Origin: Macrostomum lignano
Taxonomy: Eukaryota
Length of the DNA: 64,000 nt
Reading direction: 5' to 3'
NCBI GenBank assembly: GCA_002269645.1
Contig: NIVC01000819.1
Location: forward strand, 186,001-250,000
Both the position numbers and the translations under genes were made by a program. Shown piece by piece: positions 53,468 to 64,000 of the stretch. Each line of letters begins with the position of its first letter. Positions within the stretch are counted from its first letter, which is position 1. The notes below the pieces were generated by a model. That model worked only from the letters and a program-made list of their open reading frames with translations, had not been told where the DNA came from and made no database searches.

Positions 53468-53941
53468 TATTAGCCTGTTAAATATTAAGAAATGGGGATA
53501 AAGATATAAAGTAAAGTAGAGAGCTGCCCAATAGCTTCTAATTATTACTTTTGTTAAAATGCTATATAGCTATAAGGATATTGGTTTCTTTGAAACTATG
53601 CTATAAGACCTAGGGCCTATTGAAGAAAAATGTTTTAGAAAAGAGATATAATATGCAACAATGTCCAGGGACATGGGGAGGGGGGATAGGGGGGATGTAT
53701 CCCCCCAAAGAGCCTGACCAAAACTTTTTTGTTGCCCTTTGTTGCTATACATGCTACCATGTGACTCTGTCATAGCACTTTCACCCTGGTGTATCCCCCC
53801 ATAGGAAAGTTTGCCAGGTTGCCCCTGCCTCTAATAACAAATGCAATTATCTGTGAGCAAGCTAACACCTTGTGCACATTACTTGATTGCATGCATTAGC
53901 ATTATCTCTGCCAATAGAGCTCACTCTGTACACTTGAAGCC

Positions 53942-56507
53942 ATGCTCAACCGCTGTCGCCTTGTCGCCGCCACCGCTGCTCGCCTCGGCTGCCGTCGGGG
54001 CCTGTCATCTGGCGGAGCTCCGCCGCCACCCCGGCCCTCCCGCCTGCTGCTGGCTGCCGCTGTCGGCACCGCCGCTGCCGCCGCCACCGTCGCTTTTGTT
54101 GATCAGCGCCGGCGCCTTGCCGCCCTGCCCGGAGGCGCCCTGACCGCCGTCACCGCCGCTGCCGCCTCGGACAATGTCCAGCCAACTGTCTACAGCGAGA
54201 CCAAGGACCACGCGCTGTACCTCACCATCCATTTGGACCCTCGCGCCGATAAGCGGGAGGTGCTTCGCGTTGCTGCCAATCTGCAGAAGCTGGTGGACAA
54301 GGTGGGTAAAGATCTTGGGTGCATTCTTTTGATGTGCCGCCGCATTGAAGTTCTTAGTCCATCACAGTCCTTTGATGTGCCGCCGCTCTCAAATTCATCA
54401 CAATTCTTTGATGTGCCGCCTGATGTGCCGCCGATCTCAAGTCCATCACAAAGTCCTTTGATGTGCCGCCGCTCTCAAGTCTATTACAGAGTCATTTGAT
54501 GTGCCGCCGCTCTCAAGTCTATTACAGAGTCATTTGATGTGCCGCCGCTCTCAAGTCCATCACAGAGCCCTTTGGTGTGCCGCCTCTCTCAAGTCCATCA
54601 CAGAGCCCTTTGGTGTGCCGCCTCTCTCAAGTCCATCACAGAGCCCTTTGATGTGCCGCCTCTCTCAAGTCCATCACAGAGCCCTTTGATGTGCCACCGC
54701 TCTTGTCTTAACCTTCTTTCACACCCCCACCCATCCCAGGTGTGCCCACCGGATCTGCGGGATGAATCTGACGAGACCTGGGCGGGCGTGGGCTTCGGCT
54801 ACAGCTTCTACCGGGCCGCTGTCGGCCAGTCGGGCAGCGCCGCCTCCGTGGACTTCAGCTATCCGCACAGGCGCGGGGCTCTGGGCGAACTGCCGAGCAC
54901 TGGCGGCGATTTGTTCATCCACGCCAAGTCTAACCAGGTGCGTTTCTGCGCTGCCACAGGGTCAGAAATCACCAGATGATTCATTTGTGTGGATTTATAA
55001 AGTTCTTGTTGCACTTTTAGCTAAGCAGACACTGTATTCCACTAGGGAGCCAGTGAGAGTGGCCATTGGGGATGAAAATGGTACAGTTAATTTCTATCTC
55101 GGCTGCACCCAGGTGAGCAAGCTGTTTGAGCTGTGCCAAGCCGTGACGGCCGCCATGCCCAAGGGCTCGGTCCGCTCATTCGAGGACATCTACAGCTTCG
55201 TGTACCGGAACGGGCGCGACCTTAGCGGCTTCATCGACGGCACGGAGAACGCGGCTGACGAGGAGAGTCGCAAGCAGATCGCTGTGGCCCGGGGCGGCGG
55301 CAGCTTCGTCATCACGCAGCGCTGGATTCACGACCTGGCCAAGATCCGGGACTCCAAGCCGGCCGAGCTGGAGAGCTTCGTTGGCCGGGACATCACGGAC
55401 AGCACCGAGCTGCGGCGCAAGTCCATCTCTTCTCACGTGGCCAGGATGACTGGGGGCAACGCCTTCGAGCAGAAGAAGCAGTTCGAGATTGTGCGCCAAT
55501 CCATGCCTTATGGGTGAGGATTGACGGCCATGCTTGGACCCGCTTCTCAGGGCGGTTCCCGATTGGTGTCAGGGTGATTCCCGATTAGTGTCAGGGCGAT
55601 TCCCGATTGGTGTCAGGGCGATTCCCGATTGGTGTCAGGATGATTCCCGATTGGTGTCAGGGCGATTCCCGATTGGTGTCAGGATGATTCCCGATTGGTG
55701 TCAGGGCGATTCCCGATTGGTGTCAGGGCGATTCCCGATTGGTGTCAGGGTGATTCCCAATTGGTGTTAAGGCGATTCCCGATGGGTGTCAGGATGATTC
55801 CCGATTAGTGTCAGGGCGATTCCCGATTAGTGTCAGGGCGATTCCCGATTGGTGTCAGGGCGATTCCCGATTGGTGTCAGGATGATTCCCGATTGGTGTC
55901 AGGGCGATTCCCGATTGGTGTCAGGGCGATTCCCGATTGGTGTCAGGGTGATTCCCAATTGGTGTTAAGGCGATTCCCGATGGGTGTCAGGATGATTCCC
56001 GATTAGTGTCAGGGCGATTCCCGATTAGTGTCAGGGTGATTCCCGATTAGTGTCAGGGCGATTCCCGATTAGTGTCAGGGTGATTCCCGATTGGTGTCAG
56101 GGCGATTCCCGATTGGTGTCAGGATGATGATTCCCAATTGGTGTCAGGGCGATTCTCGATTAGTGTCAGGGTGATTCCCGATGGGTGTCAGGGCGATTCC
56201 CGATTAGTGTCAGGATGATTCCCAATTGGTGTCAGGGCGATTCCCCATTGTTGTCCGGCCGATTCCCTATTCTCAGTCGCACCTGCAATCGCCAAGCCGC
56301 TCCCCAACCCCCAGCACGGTGTCCGGCGAGTCCGGTCTGTTCTTCATCGCCTACGCGGCCAGCCCGGACAACTTCAACTTCATGCTGGACCGCATGGTCG
56401 GCAAGGGCAGCGACTCGCACTCCGACGACATCATGCGGATCACCCGCTGCGTGGCTGGCAACTACTGGTACTTCCCGCCCACCTCTGAGCTGGCCAAGTT
56501 CGCCTGA
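53942..56507 (+). CDS. Dye-decolorizing (DyP, YfeX-like) heme peroxidase with predicted mitochondrial presequence; exons 53942-54301, 54740-54937, 55113-55513, 56315-56507
   Basis: GT-AG junctions in frame; STGGDLFIHAKS, RDLSGFIDGTEN (GxxDG), GGSFVITQRWIHDL, SHVARM (proximal His), IVRQSMPYG (distal Arg), GLFFIAY, GNYWYFP. N-terminus is Arg/Ala/Leu-rich with no acidic residue for ~50 aa. Confidence 0.9.
54325..54700. repeat. 38-bp minisatellite in DyP intron 1
   Basis: (CTTTGATGTGCCGCCGCTCTCAAGTCCATCACAGAGCC)n. Confidence 0.9.
55548..56248. repeat. 22-bp minisatellite in DyP intron 3 (GATTCCCGATTGGTGTCAGGGC)n
   Basis: Direct reading. Confidence 0.95.
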
Positions 56508-56539
56508 GTGAGCTGGCCTGAGGCGGCAACCTGATACTG

Positions 56540-56628
56540 AATAGAGATAGAGATAGATAGAGAGATAGATACATAGATACATAGATACATAGACACATAG
56601 ATAGATACATAGATAGATAGATGATAGA
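56540..56628. repeat. (GATA/CATA)n microsatellite
   Basis: Direct reading. Confidence 0.85.
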
Positions 56629-57925
56629 TGACCTTGCCACACCAAGGTCATCAGAGAGAAATGCCCGCACTTGGTTGCTCCTCTGCTAACGAATAGTTTC
56701 TATCAACAACAAAAAAACTATGAATTAGTTTGCTGATTTAAAAAACATTTCTTGGAATAGATTATTACATTTATTCTTAAATATTCACACACTTGTAATC
56801 GTTGCGACATTCTATTGACACTGTGTCTGCTTGCTCTTATTCATCCAGCTATAACGTACTCTCTGTACTTTATACTGCAGTGCCGCAGCGAATCGAAATG
56901 ATAAAAAAGAAAAGGATCCTCCGTCTTCCTTCAGCTCTGCGCTGCACTGGGTTTTTATAGTTTTATTAGTAATCTGATTCCGCATCTGATCTCTATTTTT
57001 TGCTATAATACTTTTCCAAATGACTAGTTTGTTATAATAGTAACAGTTCCGGTGTTAATGATTGGTATGGCTATCTTAAAGACGAGGCACGTCGATTTCG
57101 TTTTTCATCTTGTTCTTTGATTTTGTTGCCTAGGTTTTCTATAGGAATAAATCAATTGTGCTCTTTTTAAAGACTTCACATTCGCTTCTCTGAACGTATT
57201 AGAAACATTAAAGCTGAGATATTGTTGTTTTTTTCTTTCAGTTTGCTTGGCTTTCTTGCTAACTCGAGTGTTAAGTATTATCTTATTGGTGCCTGAATTG
57301 GTGCCGGTGCCGCGGTGCGTCACTGGCCAAGCCTGGTAGATCTCTCTCTACATTGCCTTTCCTAGGTCATTATCATTGCAAGCTTATCATAGTTGCAGCG
57401 TGACAGCGTTGAAACTTGACTGTGTAGTTGCCTGTGCATTACCTGTGTATTGCTGCTGTGCATTGAACGATTACAGATCCGAGAATTTTCTCAGTCTGTG
57501 TAAATGATATCTGCAGGTTTCTTTTATATGAGCTAGTGTGTGCAGCGTTCCTTGTTTTATGCCTGCACATGAACAATCTAAGCCCAGTAAAAAGTTCTGT
57601 GTACATGTAGTGCAGGGGCCCCGAATACAGAACTGTTTTCTGACACTCCTGACAGCTTTATGTTCTACAAAAGTTGATGCAGCATGTACCAAATATCAAA
57701 GATGAGTATTTTGCGAGTCAAAGTATAAAAACGTGAGATACATATGTACATGTACGGTCTTTTTTGTGACAAACGAATAAACGAACCGCATCGTGGAACG
57801 TACAAATTAAATTTGGCGTAATTTATCAATTTAAATTAAATGACCCATCAAATGCAAATGTACATGTAATGTCATACTGTATGTTTATTATGACTGCAAA
57901 TAAGAAAAAAACTCATTGAACTAAA

Positions 57926-60900
57926 CAGGCGCGAATCCAGAAATTTTTTTTGGGGGGAGGTGTTGCGTACGGCTTGTACGCCGGTTAGGGTTCTTGCGTT
58001 CTGATTGGCTGGGGGGTTTTGTCTGTCTGCCCAGACCGGCCTAGGCCGGGTGGGGGGTTTTCTGAATCATGCTGGTTAGTAGGTAAATTATAATATAAGT
58101 GCGCACCGGCCTTTCAAGCCTTTGTTACTTTTCTACCCTGCAATCGCTTCTCGCATCGTATTCATTTGGCCACGCTGCCTCAAAGTACAACATGGCGACG
58201 AGTCTGAGCATTTCCGAGCCACGCGTGTTTCTCGCCCACCCAGGACAGCCACACACGCCTTGGAATCGTTGGATCGAAGGATTCAAGATTTACCTGGAGG
58301 CCTTGAATCTAAATGAAGCATCGGATGCACGCAAGAAGGCGATTCTCATTCATCTGCTGGGCGAGGAGGGCCAGAGAGTCTACGCGCTGAGAAATTTGCC
58401 CACGACGAGCGTTGATACGTTTGACAAGCTGGTGGCTGCACTGAAAACGATCTTCGGTCAGTCGCACAGCACGATCAGCAACCGCTACAAGTTCAAGTCG
58501 CGCGCCCAGATGCCAGGCGAGCCAGTCAGCCAGTTCGTCGACGCCCTCCGAGAACTCGCGGCAGACTGCGAATATGGCGTGACTAGATGATCCGGGACCA
58601 GATCATCGAGAAGACCCATTCGCCGTGCATCCGAGAGCGACTGCTCATGGAGAAGGAGCTCGAGCTGGATAGGGCGATGACATTGGCGGTTCAGGTCGAA
58701 TCTGCAATCAACGACGCCAAGAAGCTGCGCGACGGCAAGAGCGACAAGGACGAGTCCCGCATCCAGAAGGTCAGCCAGCGTATGCCATCACGCAAGGGAC
58801 CCAAGCATGCGGCACCGCAGAAATCCGGCACAGAGACACGGTGCGGCAACTGCGGGAGGGCCGGGCACGCTGCCCGCGCCTTAGAGTGTCCAGCGAAAGA
58901 CAAGACCTGCTTGCACTGCCACAAGGTCGGACACTTCAAAGCTTGCTGCCGACAGCGACGCCAGGTTCGCACCGTAAAGGACGAAGACGACGAGCCATTC
59001 GTAGTATCTGCGGTAGAATACGAAGCGTCGCTCCTTAACTTCGCGACGTGCAGCATCGCTGACATCGACGTCAGGCTCCTATTGGACACGGGCTCAAGAG
59101 TCAACATCATCAACGAGAAGACCGTGAAACGCCTGCTGAAGCAACCGGTCATCACGCCGACTCCGAAGCAGCTGTTCTCGTACACAGGCTCTGCAATTGA
59201 CGTGCTCGGGACCGCAGAGCTGTGCGTTGTGCACCGCGGCAAGTCCGCCATCTGCCGCTTCTTCATCGCACGACGAGGTGCCTCAATCCGCACCTCAAGC
59301 TGGGATTCTCAATCCGAGTCAACGCAATCAACAACATCGATGATATCGCTGGAGAGTTCCCGGGAATCTTCGACGGCATCGGTATGGCCAAGAAGTTTTG
59401 CCATCGACCACAGCTGCGCCAGGATGCGACACCGACAGTTCAGCCGCTGCGCCGGGTGCCGCTGGCACTTCAGGACCGCGTGAAGGACGAGCTAAGCAAG
59501 ATGGAGGCCGCAGGTGTCATCGAGAAGATTGATGCCTCTCCCTGGGTGTCCAATCTAGTCGTATCCAAGAAGAAGAATGGCGACCTGCGACTGTGCGTTG
59601 ATCTGCGCAACTGCAACCAAGCGATCAACCCGGATAAGTTTCCCGTGCCGACCCAGGAGGAGCTGGCCGCAGAGTTTGCAGGCGCGCAGATCTTCAGCAA
59701 GCTGGACCTGAAGCAAAGCTACCTGCAGATCCCACTGCACCCCGGCAGTAGGCAGCTGACCGCGTTCATCACTCACTGCGGGCTCTACCAGTGCACGAGG
59801 GTCCCGTTCGGCATGTCCAGTTCTGGTGCCTGTTTTCAGAAAATCCTGTCAACCGTTCTGGCCGACATCAAGGGTGTCCGGCACTCAGTGGACGACATTG
59901 TCATTCACGGCGTCAACTCTGACGAGCACGGCAAGCGGCTTCAGACAGTACTCGAACGTCTCAGCGAAAACGGGCTGACGCTGAACAAGGAGAAATGCCA
60001 GATCGGCGTCCCGGAGATCGTGTTCTTGGGCTGCAGGATCTCAGCCGATGGAGTTCGACCGTCCAAGTCTAACATCGAAGATGTGCTCCGCATCCCGGCA
60101 CCGACGACAGCACGGGGCGTCTCGTCATTCCTGGCAACCGTCAACTACTTCGCCAAGTTCATACCCGACTTCGCCAAGACGGCGAGACCACTGCGAGAGC
60201 TGCTCAAGAAGGACACCGTCTTCCACTGGACGAGCGAATGCAACGCTGCTTTCGCCGAGCTCAAGCAACAGCTGACGAGTCCGCCGGTGCTAAGCCACTT
60301 CGACTGCAACGCTGACACCATCGTCGAGTGCGACGCGTCTGACTTCGCGCTTGGCGCGGTGCTGCTTCAACGCGTAGGCGAGTCAGAGAAGCCGGTGGCC
60401 TACGCCTCGCGAGCACTGACGCCAACGGAGTCCAGATACTCAGCTAGCGAGAAAGAGGCCCTGGCGTGCATCTGGGCTCTCGAGCGCTGGCACATCTACA
60501 CCTACGGCAGACGGCTGACTTTGCGCACTGACCATTCGGCTCTCAAGGCACTGTTGTGTACCCAAGGCACCGGGCACAAGCCGCTGCGCATCCACCGATG
60601 GAACGACCGGCTCCTGCAGTACAACTTCAGCGTCGAGTATAAGCCTGGAAAGGACAACGTTGTGCCAGACTTCCTGTCCCGTTTCGAGCGACCACCCGAG
60701 TCGACAGACAGCGACGATGACGACGACGAGATCGCCGACATCCACCAGGTGCTAGACGGGATTCTATCGGCCGAGCTGCTGGACAAGCACTCGCAGGCCG
60801 ATCCGCTCATTCGCAGTGTCTCCGCAAAGCTTCAAGCCAACTGGAAGGAGCCGCCAACAGATGAGGAGAAAATCTTCTTCAAGCTCCGAGACGAGATGTC

Positions 60901-62587
60901 AACGGTCGGCAACTTCCTGGTTCGCGGCAACCGCGTGGTTGTGCCCGAGAGTCTGCGCGCCACTGCACTAGCGCTGATCCACCAGGGACATTGCGGCATC
61001 GTCAAGATGAAGCACCGAGCTCGCGATACCGTCTGGTGGCCGGGAATCGACGCCCAACTGGAGGATCTGGCCAAGTCCTGCGTCAGCTGCTGCTTGGCGG
61101 AGAAGTGGAAGCGACCCGCTGCTCCATCGCAGACGACCGAGTTTCCCAAAGAGCCGTGGCACACGATTCAGCTTGACATCTTCGGCGAGATCCACGAAGC
61201 GCCTGCCAGCAGCCGATTCGCAATCGTTGCCATTGACCTGCACTCCAAGTGGCCAGAGATTCGGACTACGGCTTCGGTGACGGCCGAGGTCATCGCCGAC
61301 TTCCTCAAGGACCTGTTCGCTCGATGGGGACTGCCAGGCAAGATCGTGACTGACAACGGGCCGCAGTTCACCAGCCACGCCTTCGAGGAATTTCTAGCCA
61401 GCCACGGTGTTCAGCATGCGAAAACCTCGCTGTACCATCCGCAGTCAAACTCGAATGTCGAGCGCCTCAACCGCACCCTGAAGGAGTCGCTGAAGGCGCA
61501 CCTCAAGGACGGCATCAGCTTCAAGGAGGCAATCCGCGAGTTCCTGCAATGCTACCGGTCGACAGCGAATGCAACCATCAGCCTGACGCCGGCTGAGCTG
61601 ATGGTCGGTCGGCCGTTTCGAGGACCTCTGAGCCAGTGGAGTCGAGGCATCCGCCCCCTGAGTCCAACGGTGCCATCGGGGACCGAGCGTCGAGTCCAGG
61701 CCAACAAGGAGAAGGCCAGGCTGGCCACCGACCGGCGCCGAGGAGCCCGACCCTCGAGACTGCAGGCTGGTGACTCCGTGCGCGTCCGCAGGCCACAGAC
61801 GGCCAACAAGCTGGCGACAAGGCTCGGCGAGACTCGAAGGATCACCCGGCGGCTGGGCCCGGAGTCCTGGCTGCTAGACGACGGCACGCGATGGCACTCT
61901 GACAACCTGGTTCGCGTTTCGAGTACACCGTCAGCGGATAGCGACACGACTGATGCCGGACTCGGTGCTCTGATGGCGCCAACACCAGCGCCAGCGCTAG
62001 CGCCGCCGGCAAGGGCGCCGACCAACGAGACGCCGCCGACTCCGCCGAGACGAAGCGACCGAACCAGAAGAGCTCCGGTCCGGTTCAGCCCGAGTTGATT
62101 CGCGAACTGAATAACTTTTGACGCATGTGCGCACTCTATGGACTGTTGTGTTCCCCATGCATTGCTTCTGTTTGCTTTTTCGAGGGGGTGATGTTGCGTA
62201 CGGCTTGTACGCCGGTTAGGGTTCTTGCGTTATGATTGGCTGGGGGGTTTTGTCTGTCTGCCCAGACCGGCCTAGGCCGGGTGGGGGGTTTGCTGAATCA
62301 TGCTGGATGGTAGGTAAATTATAATATAAGTGCGCACCGGCCTTTCAAGCCTTTGTTACTTTTCTACCCTGCAATCGCTTCTCGCATCGTATTCATTTGG
62401 CCACGCTGCCTCAAAGTACAACAGGAGGTAGCTGCTATACCAAGCACCACAACCCAAATATAGGAAATTACACTGTACATGTAATATTTTTATAGAGACC
62501 TGGCCAGTTGCAGCCAAAATGTATGTGGCCTAATTTTTTTGGCCGCGGCTGACAGGGGCCATGGCCCCCTTTCTGGATCCGCTCCTG
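57926..62587. mobile_element. hAT-type MITE split by the LTR element (parts 57926-57960 and 62424-62587)
   Basis: TIR CAGGCGCGAATCCAGAAA / TTTCTGGATCCGCTCCTG; TSD GAACTAAA / GAATTAAA (7/8). Confidence 0.75.
57961..62423 (+). mobile_element. Ty3/Gypsy LTR retrotransposon, Mag-like; LTRs 57961-58192 and 62192-62423
   Basis: 232-bp TG...CA LTRs with 4 substitutions; PBS-like TGGCGACGAG; PPT GAGGGGGTGA; TSD GGAGG; two CCHC knuckles, LLDTGS protease, RT, RNase H CDAS, HHCC and D,D,E integrase; frameshifts at ~58587 and ~59285. Confidence 0.95.
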
Positions 62588-64000
62588 GAATTAAACATGT
62601 ACATATGTAATTGCATGCTTATAGTGCCCCCCCCGGTTCCCCCGAGAGCAACGCTGAGCTGGCGGCCCGGATCAACGGCCGCGTGTGCATGCACCCCTGG
62701 GTCGCAATTTGCAGAGGCGACGGCAGCAGTGTTGACGCCACTGCCTGCGGTCCCCATGCACACATGAGGCACTGGGCCCCCGCTCGCCGACCTGCTGCTC
62801 AGCCCCGCCTTGTGGGAGACTCCGCTGGGGCCAGGGCGCTTCACCATGCCTCTGGACTGACACTCCTCACTGACTTGCAGGCTCTAGTAGGCCGCGCCTT
62901 ACCCCTCAGTCTGCAGCTCGGCTGGACTCAGATGCTTTCCACCAGCGGGTGCTTCGCTCACCCCTGCACCAGCGTCTGTTTAATAATAATTTTAAAAAGA
63001 ATAAAAATGCATACAGAGCTCTCGTTTTTTAAAGATGATAATCATTTACGCTAGAAATGAAGCTAGATATCTCGGAAATTAGTGTAGCCACTTAATAACA
63101 GCCATTAAATTGTATGCAGAAAGTTCTGCTAAAAGTTAATCAGTAAAAACTCAAACTCTCTTATATAAATTAACTTGTTTTAAATAGTAAATAGCGAAAT
63201 TTTAATTTTCGCTTTTTTGTCCTCGATCGTCATCCGACAACTAACTATAGTGACGTTCTAGTGATAATGTCTAAATAGACTTCATCGCCCTTTTAGTCAT
63301 TAGAAAGTTGAGTTTAGTTTTAATAAAAAAATTATATTAGATACCGAATAGTTCATTGATCATGAACAAGTCAACTTGAATAAACAAATTCATTTGGCAT
63401 TTCATAACGTAAAAGTAAAGTAAGCGACGCGTGTAACACGACAGGCAGAAATAGACTGACGCTTATTAATAATAATTTAATTATTTAATGTTTATTTACT
63501 TTAATTAATATTTAGTGTAATTTAATTAATTTTAATTAATTATTTATTGCGTTAGGTTAGCTAGATCTAGCACTAATCTAATTATTCGTGTGGCTGGAAT
63601 GGGAAACTGGAAACAAGTCACTGGAAATGAGCCTAAAGTCGTAAAGATTTACTATTAGGGCCTACTATCTTTCCCTATAATAGGCCTATGACACTGTTTG
63701 TTGATCACTCATATGATCAGTTGATAAATTTATTCTATTTGGCAATGGTAGGCCCTACAGTTATTCTGTTTTGGCACTACCAATACCAACAAATACAAAA
63801 TAGCTAAAGCTAATGACAATGTAGGTTTGAATTTCCAATAATTTGAACAGTATACAACATATTGTATTAATAAGTTAAAGATGTACACACAATCCAATTG
63901 AAACACTGGATGGATGGCTTCCATGCCCATACATACAAGCTTTCTATTTTATTTATCAAACAATATAATACAATTTTATTAGTAGGCCTTACAAAAAAAA

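Noticed and set aside
56440-56507. Encapsulin cargo-loading peptide on DyP
   Set aside because: C-terminus ends SELAKFA with no GSLxIGSL-type tail and no encapsulin gene is present.

Overview
Eukaryotic (metazoan) genomic DNA with GC-rich exons, AT-rich spacers, GT-AG introns and a private minisatellite in most introns. This architecture suggests an invertebrate such as a free-living flatworm (inference only). Gene models were built by hand from splice sites and frame continuity: (-) a UTP14-like exon and an upstream CHTOP-like gene; (+) an intronless NHL-repeat gene with one in-frame TAG; (+) a 13-exon, ~1140-aa secreted mosaic protein (signal peptide, 2x WSC, C-type lectin, 2x F-type-lectin-like, CUB) whose last exons encode an insulin-like B/C/A module; (+) three tandem secreted ferritins, two with substituted ferroxidase ligands; (+) a 4-exon DyP-type peroxidase with a mitochondrial-type presequence. 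Mobile elements: two near-complete Ty3/Gypsy LTR elements, an RNase H-bearing LINE carrying a mariner MITE, LINE and integrase fragments, a dead piggyBac that seeded minisatellites, a deleted mariner, hAT MITEs and a CORE-type SINE. The top candidate novelty is the lectin/CUB-insulin fusion. No database searches were run; family calls rest on motifs recognised by eye.
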